Notes: generated by a model from the sequence alone, not told the origin. A stretch of 64,000 bases of DNA from Octopus bimaculoides (GCF_001194135.2 NC_068981.1:100105564-100169563), one strand, 5' to 3'. Positions 24,330-39,002 are shown, counted from the stretch's first letter. Numbers and translations are program-made.

Positions 24330-26980
24330 GCAAACTGGCCCATAACAATTGATTATGATTTCATACAAAACTGTTTAATGCATGACATCAGTTTTTATCA
24401 AAATAAGAAACCAGATAATGTATATACTGAATTCAACAAGATTTACAAACAGCAAAATCAAAGTTTCTCAAACAAGCACATAATTCGAAAAAGATTGAAA
24501 AATGTTCAGACTCTGATGAGATCCTGGTTAGTTTGCTCAAAGAGCAAAGGTTGTATATACTGTTTTGTTTGTAAACTCTTTTCTAAATGCCAAATATCAC
24601 TTACAACAGGTGGGTTTTCTGATTGAATGAATATACTTAGAACTCTAGAAATTTATAAAGACAGCATGGAACATAACAGGGTGATATTGAACTGGCTAAC
24701 ACGAAAGGCAAATAAAAACACTGTGTGCAGTACTATTTTTAAGTTCTAAAAAGAGTTGTAGCAGTTATAAAGTTTTAAGTGAAAGAGGTTTAGCATTTAG
24801 AAGTCAGGAGGAAAAGTGGGACTCCCCAAACAATGAAAATTTCATGGGGCCATTGAGATTATTGCAGTGTTTGATCCATTAGAGAAATGCAAAAATGGAA
24901 AAGTAAATATTGTTTACCTATCCAAATCCATGTATGAAGAATTGATAGAAATCATGGTAAAACATGTGAAAGATGAAGTGGTGAATCAGATCAACAACCT
25001 AGACACCAAAGACTACTCAATTATTGTTGACTACACCTGACATGATACATGTTGACCAGCTGGTAGTTGTGGTTCAATACTGTTATAATGAAAAGCCCTG
25101 TGAGAGATTTTTAGCATTTTTGCCAATAGAAAACCATTCATCCACGATCTTGTTCAACAAAATAATACAATTTCTGGGGGAGCATAAGCCTTCACCTGAA
25201 AATATCTGTGCTCAGTTGTATGATAATGATTTCAACATAAAGGGCTCAGATAAAACTCTGAAAGCACTTCTTAAAAACACTAACAGGTATGCAGACTATG
25301 TACCATGTGGAAGCCATTCACTCAACTTTGTTGGAGAAAAGGTAGTATCTACTGTACCTAAAATTGTTGACTATTTTGGCATCTTGCAGTAGCTGTATGG
25401 TTTCTTTTCTGAATCTTCTCAAAGATGGAAGATTTTAAACACACAGGGCAATCTAGCCTTTTGTCTAAAGAGCTTAAGTGTAACTAAATGGTCTGCACAC
25501 TATGAAGTAGTCCAGGCAGTTAAAAATGGATATAGGGATATTTTACAAACTCTCAAACATATGTTTGAAGACTCAGAAGAGAAGCCTGAATGTAAATGAG
25601 ATGCAAAGAATTTATACCACAAGTTGGTAAAATTGGAATATGCTGTTTTAACAGTCATTTTGGAAGAAGTTATGAACCGTTTTAACAAAACAAGTAAGAA
25701 ACTCCGAACCCTTGGTTCTGATGTATTTGAAAGTTACCTTCTGCTAGCATCTTTGCTTTCATTTGTTAAAGAACTATGAGAAAATTCAGCCAACAGGATT
25801 GCACACTATAAATCAGTAGTGAAAGGTTTACGTGAATACATCACCTCACATTATTCTGCTGTTTCTAAATGCATTGTTACAAAGAAATTTGCAGACGGAA
25901 CAAGTGATAGGGCTTCTTTGAAAGGGGCTGAAAAATTTAGGATAGAAATTCTAAATCAAGTCTATGACTGCTTGATAATATAGTTAAGCAAGGGAATGGA
26001 CCCATACGAGCAGATTGCGGAAAGGTTCAAGTTTCTCTCAGAACTGATGAACAATTCTGAATTTGATGAGGACAGTATCAAACTTATAATATCACATTAC
26101 AAAGACGATATTGGATCACAAATTAATAAAAGAGTGTTATTAGTTCAAAGAGTATTTACACCTTAGGAAATCCCAGAACACAGAAGAAAACACACCGTCC
26201 AAAATGCAGTGCACAGAAGTTCTTCAGCTTATTTATGAGCAACAATTAATCGAAGTGTTTCCTAATATTAACACTGCACTTAAGCTGTACTTGATAATGC
26301 CTATCTCGAGCTGTGAAGCAAAAAAGAATTTCTCAAAGCTTTCCTTTATAAAGAATAAATTTCAGTCTACCATGACTGAAGAGAGCTTAAATTCCTTATG
26401 CATGTTGTCTTTAGAAAATGACATTGCAAGGTAGCTCTCATATGACAAAATTGTAAGGGAATACGTTGCTACAAAACAGAAAAAAGAGTATTTTGTAATT
26501 TTCATATGTATCTTAAATGTAAGATTAATATTAGATTATATTAACTGTGATATTTGTTATGTTTTATGTCTTTATTCTATGATGTATCATGCATGTATAT
26601 AACACTAACCCTAATTTTCAACACCTATAACTCTAAAATTATAAGGCATAGCCTCAAAAATATTTGTTCACACCAGTAACTTTGAGAATCACAATCTGAA
26701 ATGTAGTGCTTAAATTTGTAAAGAAAATTGTGGTGATCTGCCATGGAACAACCACATCGACAAAGATATCGGTAATTACCCACACCTTGTTACTCGTGGA
26801 AAGAGGACTCCACATCACCACTTCACCATTTGGGCTATCAAGGCCTCAAGGCTAGAATTCCTTGCAAGGGCACGAAAATTCTTTGACCCTTGTTGGATGT
26901 TACCCTACTGGTGCTAGTTGTAAAGAGGGCCCTCATAACATTTTAAGTTTCAGGGCCCCAATATTGTAGATCCGCCACTG
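24330..26980 (+). mobile_element. hAT DNA transposon fossil (TTF zinc finger, DDE, C-terminal dimerisation domain)
   Basis: YCFVCKLFS (TTF-type zinc finger), CGSHSLNFVG, FPNINTALKLYLIMPISSCEAKKNFSKLSFIKNKFQSTM. Right terminus ...gatccgccactg (CAGTGGCGGATC TIR). Left TIR not found. Confidence 0.9.
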
Positions 26981-27274
26981 CTCTACACAGTCACCCAAAT
27001 TGCTAGAAATAGCAGCTAAATAACCCTTTCCTTCATATTACGATATGTCATTTTAAATGAAGGAGTCATCCTCAAATTATACTCTGTTATTTTAAATAAG
27101 TAAGGATATACTTGTACAATAAAGTAGTTAATATACGAAAAAAAATAGAATGGTCACAACTAGAATTTTTTTTTATGTAGTTTAACCCTGAGTCAAATCA
27201 ACTCTTTGTGCTAAACAACAACATAACACTATTGGCATCACCTCTACTACCATTAATAATAACACAATCTTCTT

Positions 27275-27665
27275 CTTTCTTGCCTTTAACCCTCCAACGC
27301 AGAGTATAAGCCACTTATAATTGAATTCCATGTCGCATAAATTTTCGCTTCTGTACTTATACTCTGCCATGAATGTCCCCCTTTCTCTAGTTCCTTTTGT
27401 GTTGATCTACGCCACGAGTTCTTAGGCCTACCTTTCTTTCTATATCCAACCGGATTCCACTGTAAAGCACTTTTCGCTACATTTGGTGTGTCCTTTCTAA
27501 TTGTGCTACCAATCCACTTTCACTTTTTCTTAAATATTTGCTCCCTAATTGAAACTTGATTCGTTCTTTGCCATAGCTCCATATTGCTTAAGTGTTCGGG
27601 CCATCTGCTTTTAAGTATACTACACAAGCACCTGTTGATAAATGATTGTATTTGCTTATTTGACT
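27275..27665 (-). mobile_element. RTE-clade LINE 3' fragment
   Basis: Minus-strand translation FINRCLCSILKSRWPEHLSNMELWQRT..KWIGSTIRK..ALQWNPVGYRKKGRPKNSWRRS, followed by an (AAG)n tail. Confidence 0.8.
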
Positions 27666-28012
27666 TAACTGTTGTTCGTCATGTCTCAGCCCCATACAAT
27701 AACACCAATCGAAAATATTTCGAATAATAACACAACCATTACAGGACAAATAAATACACTTCCACTGGTTGCTAGAAACAACAACTAAATTCCCTTCAAA
27801 TCACACCCCACCATCTTAAATATTGAAAAGGTGCATTAAATAATGTAGTTCAATGTACATGATGCCCAAAAAAAGGATGTGATGGTCATGGTTAGAATAT
27901 CTTTGATAAAAGGTTTGCTTGTTGAGAGTAAGCCAGGGGTTAAACAACAACAAACACAACAATCAACAATACCATGACATTCATCCTCACCACTTTCACA
28001 ACAACCACATCC

Positions 28013-28044
<32 letters not shown>

Positions 28045-28289
28045 GGGAATTTCTACGCAATTGTGTTCAATCTGCTAGAAATAGTAGCCAACAATCCTTC
28101 AAATCACATCCAACCATCTTAAAAAAATGAATATGTTGGATAATATGATATTGGGTTCACCACACATAGGAAAAAGACAGGATGGTCACAGATGGAATAC
28201 CTTCAGATTATAAGTCTGCTGGATCAGATTTCACTTGAGAGTTAATCAACAACAACACTGTTAAACTCCCTCTTGGCCTCACCTGGCCC

Positions 28290-28740
28290 TTGATCTGTTC
28301 TTTCTTTTCACTCAATTACATATTTCTATTCTTCTTTTCTCCCTCCATTCTTCCCATCTTCTTTCTTTCTTTTTCTTTCCACCTACGTTGTCTTTTCCTT
28401 TCTTTTTGCTTTCTTTTTTTCTTCCTTCCATTTTTTATTTCTTCTCTCATTTATATCACTACTATCTTATGTTTATTTTTTTCTTATTCCTTTACTTTTC
28501 TACTTTTCCTATATTCTTTTCCCTTCTGTCTTTTCTATTCTTCCCTTTATTCTTCTTTGTTCTCTTCCTACCTTCTTTCCTTTCTTTCTTTCTTTCTTTC
28601 TTTCTTCCCTCCTTCCCTTTCTCACTCACTTATTCTCTTACTTTATTTTTACTGCTTTCCTTCTTTACAGTTCCTTTCCTTCAATCTCACTTCCATTCTT
28701 GCTATTTTTCTGTTCATTCTCTCATTCTCTCCGCCTACTC
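28290..28740 (+). repeat. CT-rich low-complexity tract
   Basis: Pyrimidine-rich with (CTTT)n. It generates spurious F/L/S-rich ORFs. Confidence 0.8.
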
Positions 28741-29349
28741 AAGCAACAAGCATATTACAGAGTGTGTTCCACACGCACACAAACTCTCTCTCTCACTCTC
28801 ACCACACACACACGCACACACACACACACAAGCATGCAGATATTTAGTATTGCACTACGGAACACACACACACACAGACAGTGATCTGCGCCCACGCTAA
28901 TATGTAGAACTATTCACCACAACCAGTTTTGGGAAAACAATTTCTATAGAAATCAGCATATTTCTTAAACCTATCTATAAACATTCTAACAGAGATTGTA
29001 GCATATTTTATGGTAGATTTTACATGAAAAATATACTTATTATCAATTTTCTGCCATGCTTTATTATTTTGATTTCTATCTATAAAATTTAAGTACAGTT
29101 GTGTGATTAAGAAGTTAGAAACGCAACCACACATTTCGAGGTTTGATCTCACTTTGTGATAACTTGGCTAAGTATTGTATATACTCAAATAAAAGTCAAC
29201 CTCCTTTTTGAAAGCTACAAATCTGACATTTCCCTTGTACCTCATGTAACAGTTGACCCTAGATTTTCACAAATTAACAAATCAGCATTTCCTAGTTGAG
29301 GGATTATCTTGTATAAATGTTATGATACAGAATACAGCTATTCTGGGAC

Positions 29350-29685
29350 ACCACCTTGAAGGGTTTAGTTGAACAAACTGACCCCAGTGCTAATTTTTAA
29401 ACTTGTCTTATTGGTCTCTTTTGCCAAACCTTTAAATAACGAGGATGTAAACAAACCAACACCGATTGTCAAAAGGTGTGGGATGGGGAGGACAAACATA
29501 CACACATACACACATAAACACAAGCACACACACATGAACACACGCACACACACAACAAGCTTCTTTCAGTTTCTGTCTATCAAACCCACTCACAAGGCTT
29601 TGGTCAGCCCGGGCAATATAGAAGACACTAGCTCAAGGTGTCGTGTAGTCGGACTGAAACTGAAACTATGTGGTTGGGAAGCAAT
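29350..29685 (-). mobile_element. SINE family A, CpG-decayed
   Basis: gcttctttcagtttctgtctatcaaacccactcacaaggctttgg and the tail region are reverse complements of family A. Confidence 0.75.
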
Positions 29686-29931
29686 ATCCAAATTGTTATA
29701 ATGAGTTCTGGTGTCCAATAGTCACAAAAATTCAACTTTGACATGAGTATATATAGTATCTTCTACCATAGCTTTGGGTCAACCAATGCTTTGTGAGTGA
29801 AATGTGGTAAACAGAAAATGTGGAAAAACCCAAGCACACACAGGGTGTGTTATATGCTGAGATACAATAAATAGCACTGTAAGGTATTTATTGAGATAAA
29901 CTGTAGTAGTCAATTAAATTTTATTGTTTTA

Positions 29932-30565
29932 CTAGCTGGCCCTGTGCCATCAAAAATGACAGCTAATTGTAGTATTTTATGTATAAATTGGTACAAAACC
30001 AAGTTTTTAGTTTAATAATTCTTTTATTACCAAATTTATAATATGCCTTTCAACTGCAGTCGTTTTATATTCTTGATACACTCAGGGAATAATTATTTTC
30101 CCTTATGAGTCTGTATATGTAAATGTTTGTATAGGTGTATGTGACTGTAAAAATTATTTTTAACAAAACATATAGAATATATGGATGGTAAATCAAATTA
30201 ATACACTTGTCAATGTTATCTCATGGTTGTCTATAGAGATGTGACATTAATCATCGTTTGTAACTGGCACATACAAACATTCACATACTTCCCTTGTACA
30301 CGCGCACACATATACACATATACTCACACACAGTTGAAATGCTGTTTGATTTTTCTTTTCAGCGTTGAATGCTCATCATCCCACTTCCATTGCACACACA
30401 AAAGTTCACATACCTCCTTCTTATATACACATATATACTCACACAGAGTTGAAATGCTCCCAATACCAGTTTGCCATCACCCCTTCCTTCCTTATTCATC
30501 TATCACCCCTTCCTTTCTCATTCATATGTTGTGACAGAAAAACACAAGAGTATTATTATAGTAGA
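29932..30565 (-). mobile_element. Non-autonomous Helitron
   Basis: Minus strand: 5' A|TCTACTATAATA and 3' CTAG|T, with a subterminal hairpin gctgtc-attttt-gatggc about 10 nt before CTAG. Inserted in AT with no TSD. Internal duplicated segment. Confidence 0.7.
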
Positions 30566-30968
30566 TATTCAAACATAATATGTCAAAGTATACATTATCC
30601 AAACTACTCCCCTTTTGAGTGAGACTTGGCTGCTATTTCTAACAATCTGAGTGCCCCTGTAGATGCTCTTGTGTTGTCTCATTGTTGTGGAGTACAGTAC
30701 AGTGTTGTTGTTTTTGGTATTGTTTGGCCCAAGATCAGCCTCATCGAATAGATATATTATCAAAGACATTCTAATTGTGGCCATGCCAACTTTTTTCTCA
30801 ACACTTGACAGCTGATTTATATTTCAAAACTTGCCAATCCAAAAGATTACAAGCTTGTTTGACAAAAGAACACATTTCCTTTGGTTTAGCAAATTCTAAT
30901 GTTTATGTTTAATAAAATTATAGTAATTGTATGAAATTCTTCCACTACAGTTTGTTTAATTAATACTT

Positions 30969-31020
<52 letters not shown>

Positions 31021-31831
31021 TGTATACATGTATATATATCAATACATCATGTGTGTGTATGTGTGTACCTTTGTCTAAACATCCCATGATGGTTGTAAAT
31101 GAGCATTATCCTCATACAAGCAGGGTTGTTTATTTCCAGTCCTCCATGAAAAGCATGTCCAGCTATTGGAAACTATTATCTTCCTTGGAAGCAGGTGGTA
31201 TTGGCAACAGGAAGTAGGCATAATGCAGCAGGGTTTATTGGAAAACATAGGCAAACAAATAAGGCTTTATAAGAAACATGAGCTCCCTTGGTTGCATGCA
31301 ACATATGTAGATAATAAATTGTGGAATTTGTAAAGATAATTTATGATCCCCCTGTAGTATAATAGTATATATAACAAGGCTTTTTTTTCATATACTAAAA
31401 ATAATTACTTGTGTTTTAGAAAACATGCATTGTAATAACTAAGTTAAATATAAGCTTTGTAAGAAGGTTCTAACAATATTTACAAAACATAATATTACTG
31501 TTTCCAAGAACATGTCTAAATCTATCTCTATATACAACCTGTCAACGTATTTAGTGATGTTTCAGTTGTACTAATTGCAAATGGATTGATGGATACATTT
31601 CTTAACTGCTATATTGTTTTTAATTCAATAGTTGAGTCAATGTAATTCTTTAGCTTTTCAGTTTGCCTCTACACAATATTATAGTCAATTAGTATTGCTA
31701 TACTGACTATTACTGTCATTTTTAAAATGGAAAAATTGTCAGACTTATCTGTTATTTTGAGGACAGTCTGTCTACTAAAGATTCAGTGTAACTTTGCTTT
31801 GCTATTTTCTAAAACAGGTGATGGTTCATAC

Positions 31832-31876
31832 GAGTACAACAAAATCTTTTCTTTAAAAAGTCAAAACTGAGTGCTT
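31832..31876 (-). CDS. Candidate 45-nt exon (xALSFDFLKKRFCCT)
   Basis: ttttatatatgcag acceptor, C|gtatga donor with a CpG retained at the junction, phase 1 to 1. Confidence 0.3.
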
Positions 31877-32109
31877 CTGCATATATAAAAGTAGTTTTTC
31901 TATTTTATTGTGTCTCTAATCATTACTGATGACAGATAATGTTGGACATTTTGGTACAATATATTGCATCAAAATGTCCAACATTTTTTTTTCTTTGAAA
32001 CAGTGTTCTGTAGAACACTGTTTCAAAGAAAAAAAAATTCTGCATAGACACCATTTATTATTTACAGTGTTTGGACTAAATTTGATGATTTTTATGTCTC
32101 TTGTTTTTT

Positions 32110-32710
32110 AGAAACAACTTGATGTACTGGTAAACAGGCAATGGGATTGGAAAACATAAGCTGAAGAACTGGGAGCCATCATGACTGCCACTCAATGTTC
32201 TGTGAACACTGTAAAGGCTGTAAGACATGACATGGACAGCTGCAATGAGACTATGAAGCCTTGGCCAGCAGAAAGTGACACAACAGGTATTTGGACTGTG
32301 TCTGCATGTCAGAATTTGTCCAACAACTGTGGGACAGGGCTTTAGGATAAATTCAGATGGATCAATTCAGATATGTGAAGCTACTGGAGACTATGGTCAA
32401 ACCCAAGCTGGAGAGCATTGTTTGCAGGAAAGCCATGTGTGTGTCTGTGTATGGCAGAAAGATTCAACTCCTTGCCATACCTCCAGAAAGAGACAAAAGT
32501 GGTTATCAGAGAATTTCTCTGACTTCACCAGCCCTGATTTTTGGCCTCCTAATTCCCCTTATAGTAATCCCATGGATTACTTTGTGTGGGGCACAGTTGA
32601 GAAGTGTTTAAAGGTCTTCCTAGGGATACCATGAAGAACACATGCACCAGATTCCCAAGCTGTCTTGAGGCTGTGATGAAAGCAGAGGGTGGCTACTTCG
32701 AGTACCTTTT
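32110..32710 (+). mobile_element. maT (DD37D) Tc1/mariner transposase fragment
   Basis: QKDSTPCHTSRKRQKWLSENF..WPPNSPYSNPMDYFVWG, with 37 residues between the second and third Asp. C-terminal AEGGYFE. Confidence 0.85.
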
Positions 32711-33153
32711 TAATTAATTTTTCTTCCTCTTGTTTATATTTTCATTGTTGTTTTTTTTTTTTGTATAAACAGCATTCAGTGTTAAGTATTGGCCAAGTAA
32801 TGTTTGTGCTGTAGTGATTTGTGTGCCTCAATGTCTCTGAGGACTATGCCAGCTCCTTGTAGGGCCACTCATGCTGGATAGATCAAAGAATTGCAGCCAG
32901 ACTAATGTAGATCATCTCTTCCTGTTGGCCCTACCTTGAACAAAGCAAAGTTACAGAAGCACCAACAACAATTCAAAACCAACAAGACCTAAGAGAGGAA
33001 AGAGAGGAAAAGACAGTTCAGTGTTGAGAAAAGGGGATAAAAGCCATTAATGTCCTATGTTCCATATAGAGTGAAGAACTTAGGAAGAAGAAGTAATAGA
33101 TGAACACCATAAGTAACGTGTCATTAATATTTCCAGTTTTACCACTGTCTTAC

Positions 33154-33189
33154 ATTCAGCTTTCAGTTGTTTGAAATCTATTTCAAATT
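33154..33189 (-). CDS. Candidate 36-nt exon (EFEIDFKQLKAE)
   Basis: tttttaag acceptor, T|gtaaga donor, phase 1 to 1, open after the 35487 exon. Confidence 0.3.
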
Positions 33190-35486
33190 CTTAAAAATAT
33201 TCTGTTGTTGTAGTTATAACCGATTTATTATACTGTGTACAATCACAGTCAACAAGTGCACAGTGCAAGCAGCAGTCCCCTTTATGAGTTAGAAATGTAT
33301 TAGGAAATATTATCATTATTATTATTATTATTATTATTATCTTTACTATTATTATCCATCCATCCATCCATCATCACTATTATTATTATTGCTATTATCA
33401 AAAACATCATCATCATCTTCATCATTACTTTGTTTCATTTCTGCTTAATCAAAAAAAAATCAATAACTACAAACTTCTTGTTTATTATCCACTCTATAAA
33501 TCAAACTGGAAGAATTAAAGAAAAAACAATTAACATCTCTATAAAGCACTCTTTTAAAATAACAATAAATTTAATGTTTGTAATCAAGCAAATCAGATTA
33601 TTTTAAGTTCTAGAAAACTAAGGACACTTAAGTTTAACAAAGGAGAGAGAAGGGAATAGGAAGAAAGTAAAAGGAAAAGTAAAATAGGAAAAAAGAAAGT
33701 CAAATTAAACTCTCAAACTCTTAAAAACATGAAGCATTCTTAAAATCCTATCTAAAAAGTAAAGAAAGTAAAAATATATACTTAAAACTATATACAACGT
33801 ACTTAAGAATATAAATTATAGTTAAAAAATCACAAATTTTGAAGAGGAATGAAACCTAAATATCATTAGAAAAAAATAACTGCAGGTATATACTTATACT
33901 AAATATTAGAGTAAACAATAATAAATATTCCATTATTTCTCTGCTTTATTGTATGTTTAACTCTTTCAATATATCTTATCAAGAAAGAGGTTGTTGCCTC
34001 TTTTATCTCTGTGTGTGTGTCTCTCTCTCCTAATTCACTTTTTGCCTTTATGCATACAGTCACACACATGCAGTTATTTACGAGTGTACACACACACACA
34101 CATCACAAGATGTTCTTAGAGCAACTAAAACAAAATATTGTGTGAGTGTGCATGTGAGAGAGCACGTGTATGCATGTGTGCTTTAGCAGAGGCCTGGAAG
34201 AGAAACACTCTGCATGCCAAAGAAATCACATGCATGAGTATTTTAACAGTAAATTTGACAGGGAACATAGTCTCTTTAGGATCTGTGACTGCTGCATCAC
34301 ATCACATTTAGATCTTTGTGATACTAATTTCTCTAGCTACAAAATACCTGTTGATACGTAGATAGTGTCATGTCCTCAGACCTTCAAGATATAACTGAAA
34401 AAATTGATTATACCACACTTTGGCAGAAGAGATTACACAATTAATCAACAGCTGCTCTAAAATGTGACAGCACCACTTTCCTGTGTGGCAAGATTTCATG
34501 TTATAACAATATATATGCCATTCAGAGTAAAGTCAGCCCTAGGATGAATATTAAAAATTTCTATTGATGTTGATTACATACACAGATTTCTACTCAAGAA
34601 ATCATCACCATCATCATTGTCATTTAACATTTGCTTTTTATGCTGGCATGGATTGGACAGTTTAACAAGATCTAGTGAGCTACAGGGCTAGCAACAACCT
34701 ACAGTATAAATCATATAGAAGCAAAATCACTTCACAACTTCAATGAAGTAAAATAACATTTCACTAAAAATAGTTTTCCACAAAAATAACTCAATCAAAG
34801 GAGATGCATGCTAAAAGGACATGAGACTTACTGAACATATTCAATGTCAAATTAAACTGCTTAACCATCAGATATATTTTGTATGTAGCCCTGATTTAGA
34901 AGTTCCAGTGTTTTGAGGAGTGTGGAACAACCTCTTAGCCACTGTTGTTCTTAGGTCTACTCTGATCCAGAGATGTTGCACCTAACAGGGTCCCAGCTAT
35001 GGATTAAATAGCTTGTAACCACCTGAGCCATGATACATTGACATCATGGGATGCAGCATGGTGGAGAGGAACTTTTGACAAATAAACTTTGAAAAAATAA
35101 ATATAAACTTTAGGGGTGCATAAATTACATGAGTAGAACATTTCCAGAATTTAACAAATTTTTTTTTGTTGAAAAAAGATGTACAAGACGCAAACATTCA
35201 TACCAGGAGTTGACTCATTTAATGTCAGAATAGGTCTTTACAGAAAAAACAAATGCTGCTGGATGGTATAATGCTTACTTTTTCTGTATAAATTTACTAA
35301 AGCCATTTAATGGTTAACTACTTTTTGAAGTCTGATGTTCATACTGGTAATCACAGTCCAGGCCATATTTTATATATTTTACTTGGTTGAGTAAAGTGTC
35401 ATTCAAGCTGATGTTTATTGGTAATTAAATTTAATTTGCAACACCTGTACATATTTATCAGCTTTGTTTTTGTTGATAATTCTTAC

Positions 35487-35534
35487 CTACAACTTTTCCT
35501 GTGATCGTGATTTGAGAAGACCTACAGCAGTATG
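35487..35534 (-). CDS. Candidate 48-nt exon (xYCCRSSQITITGKVV)
   Basis: tattctatctttag acceptor, AG|gtaaga donor, only phase 1 open, about 42% GC in AT-rich flanks, retained CpG. Confidence 0.45.
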   Translation of the reverse strand, partial: HTAVGLLKSRSQEKL

Positions 35535-36999
35535 CTAAAGATAGAATATAATCTCTTGTGGGCAAGAAATGTAAAATGAAGTTTATTATAAACAACACAA
35601 ACACTTTGTAATTTAATAGCTTTTAATGTGATACCTGTTAAATAAAAATTATTATTATTTAATGAAAATTTAATAAAATCTAATCATAAGTGAAATTATG
35701 CCCTGGCCATATTGGTAATTCTGAAAACTTTTGGGTGCAAATTTTACATGTGTATAAGCTTTTTTTAACAATTTTTATCCTGAAAATTACCTGTGTAAAT
35801 TATACAGATGCACAAATTAGATGGGTTTTTACATTAGTAGCAAATAGCACCAGATGCTGAACAGATGAAGTCAACAAATGTGAATGATCAGGATCAACCA
35901 GTTCAGTTCGTGAACAACTGATACCATTTGTAGTTATGGCATATGCAAATATGCAAATGAAATATTCCAGCTGGCAAAGGACCAATGTGACTAAAATACA
36001 AGCCTGATGTTCATGCTGCATTGCATGACTGGGGTACCTGGTGTGGAAGTGTTATACATCTAACAAAAATTGTTTGGGTATTCAGATTGATTTCTATATA
36101 GATCAAATTTCTCAACTTGAGGTCTGTGAACCTTGAGGGTCTGCAAAGAAAGTTGTGGTCAGTTTCAGTGACTGAGTTGAAAATTTGAGTAGACAGTTCT
36201 TTTAAAATCTGTAGGCCATAAGAAAATTTCTTTAAATAATAGGAATCCTTGATAGGGAAAAGGTTAGCAATTACTGATGTAAATACTTGATTTAAATACC
36301 ATGGCAGCTACCTCTCTCTCTATAAACTCCCTACCATCTTAAAAATGGTAATCTGATGTTTTAAGTTTAATCTTGGAGCAGCATTCTGATAAAATAATAC
36401 GAAGATCTATTGAAACAAACATTTTATTCATTTCATACTGACATAGCCAGATAAATGCTGCTTGGATGGATCTAAAATATGTTGTCAGCTACTTCCACTA
36501 CAGGTCTGCCCAAATACAACTAATAAAGTTTGCCTTATAGTAAGTAACTAGAAACGACAGTTAGATCTCCCTCATATCATATCCTACTGTCTTAAAAACA
36601 ATACATTGGCTAATTTAGTTCCTGACACACAAGATGGGATGGTAGCACTTGGAATGCTTTTGGTCATACATTTACTTATAGCTGACAATAGAAACAACAC
36701 AAACATTTATTGCATATAACAAATGACCAGAAAACTTATTTTTTAAAATTTCAAAAAGTGTGACAACATGAATAAAGAAATTGAAAGTCTAATGGATAAC
36801 TAGCCAAGAGATAGACAGTTCAATTCCAGTGCATTGTGGACATGGCCAAACTATTTAGTTTACAAATGGATCAGTTGACTAACTATTAAATAGATGATGA
36901 ATGATATGGAAAACAAGAAACTCACCAATCTAGACAGTGGTAGCACTATAGAATTGACAGGTGTTTCATATAACTGAAGTTTAGTTCCTCCTGAGTAAA

Positions 37000-37780
37000 G
37001 AGAGACAGGTTAGAAAGGAATGGATTTCTTCAATATATCAATGACCTACATGCCAACAAGCCCTTTATTCTTATGTAGATGACACAATCCTTCATTTCAT
37101 CCTAACCTTCTCTAACTATGCAGCTTTCACAAACAACCAAGAAACTACATACCAAAACTGCGTTGGTTTCGTAAATGGAGACATTGTAAGCATCCTCAAG
37201 TGGAGCCATGTCAACCTTATTTTTTTAACAGCAGGAAAACTCAAACACTACTCATATAAAAACAAAATCCACACCACACTCCCTCTAAAGATGAACAAGA
37301 CTCAGTCCGAGCTCTAACAATTGCTCCAAATACTGGGCCTGGCTACCTTCAAGGATCTCTCCAGGCAAAAACACATCCTTAGCATAGCTAGACTGCCTCC
37401 CAAAGACACCCAGAAGATATTTCAGCTTTTAACAGCTGTTGACACTTGGCAAGACTCGAATGAGGCTTATAAAGGGGTAGTGCTTTCATATCGAAGATGG
37501 TGCTGTTGCTACATAGTCTGGCATCCTGGATTGCATCCAGAGTAGGATCAATTGGATGACCAGTACACTAACATTAATGGACACACTACAACCTCTGGCC
37601 TACTGGCATGCTGTCTACTATATCTGTCTTTTATGTCGCTACTACAACTATTATGGCCTCTACACTTTGGAGCTGGATGGTTTTGTACCTCCAACCACTC
37701 ACTCTTGGTGCATCCACCTACCCTTTCTCCACACTAACCACTATGCCCAACCTTACACCTTGAGAACATCAACCCTCTGG
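37000..37780 (+). mobile_element. Jockey/CR1/L2-type LINE reverse transcriptase fossil
   Basis: FLQYINDL..SYVDDTILH (YADD-like)..NSRKTQ..DLSRQKHILSIA. Multiple frameshifts. Confidence 0.7.
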
Positions 37781-38085
37781 ACTGTAGGTGTTGACTTGTA
37801 ACTGTTTAAATGGAACATTAATGACATCATTCTCACCTGTCTCACAAACGTGTGTGGGAATGTGTTCATATGTGTCTGTTTCTACATGTATCTTTATAGC
37901 AACACCACTTGGAAAACAATGTTGTGCTTATGACAAAAACTTGATAGTTTGATAACTACTATCCCACTATCATAAGAAAGAGAATTACACGAGATAATGC
38001 AGTTATTAGACAATGTTGATTAGATATTCCTAAAAAATTAATTATACTAAGGATACATTTGTCTATGGAATACTCAGCCACTTAC

Positions 38086-38124
38086 ATGATAACTCAACCA
38101 GTAATCCATTCCAGCGATCAAAAA
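38086..38124 (-). CDS. Candidate 39-nt exon (xFDRWNGLLVELS)
   Basis: gttctag acceptor, T|gtaagt donor, phase 1 to 1, retained CGC codon. Joins in frame to the 35534 exon. Confidence 0.4.
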
Positions 38125-38639
38125 ACTAGAACATTCATTACTGAAACTGATGAATTATTATGGCTCAAAAAGGCAAATCTAGGTTAAATCTACTTAGAGA
38201 ATAAAAAAAAAAAACTCAGCCACAAATTCCATGAAAAACAATAATTACATTATTGATAATATATTTAATGCAGAAAGCATTGAAATGCTAACTAAAATTA
38301 ACTATACAGTGAAGGAAAAATACAATACCAGTCAATGATTAATATCATTTTAATTATTTCAAGAAACAACATGGTACATATTTGGTCTTATTATAATCAC
38401 ATTTATTCTCTAAACAATTCTATTTTTCTACTCAACCAGTGAATAATTCCATAAATTTACTTAGCAATTCTCATCACAACTTGAGCAACATAGTGAAATC
38501 CATGCTGCAGTTAGGAAGTTATAGTACAAAGTGCATTCCAGATTTGAGGCTTGTTTTTAGGATAGGCAGTTATAACTGTCCTAGATTATTGTGAATTTAG
38601 TACATAATTACTATACATCTAATATGCTGACCTGCCAAC

Positions 38640-38960
38640 GTTTTTTTATCACAGACTGAAGGAGATGACTGTAACAGCACTTTGAACATACCCTATGAAA
38701 CACTGATTGTCACAGTTAGCTAGTTTGCAGAATGCAATCAGGACACAAAAACAATTTGGAAGCTCGCTAGGCATTAAAGTTTGGTGTTAAACTGAGCAAA
38801 AATACTGCAGAAACTTATGAAATGCTTCAGGCTGCTTGGATTAACTTGTATGAACTGAACATCTGTTTTTCACTAGCACCAGCAGTTCAAGGATGATAGA
38901 GAAGAGGTGAGAGATAATGAAGTATGGAAACATCCATCTCTTCCAAAATTTCGGGCATTG
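38640..38960 (+). mobile_element. Mariner 5' fragment
   Basis: ALKFGVKLSKNTAETYEMLQAA resembles the mariner N-terminal HTH. Confidence 0.6.
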
Positions 38961-39002
38961 TGCCTATAGTAGAAAGGGTAATGATTTTTACTATTAAGAC
39001 AA

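Noticed and set aside
28290-28900. 170-185 aa hydrophobic ORFs resembling membrane proteins
   Set aside because: They arise from CT-rich low complexity.
35800-36060. Moderately GC-rich stretch with a 73-aa minus-strand ORF
   Set aside because: No frame on either strand has consistent splice sites and a recognisable motif.
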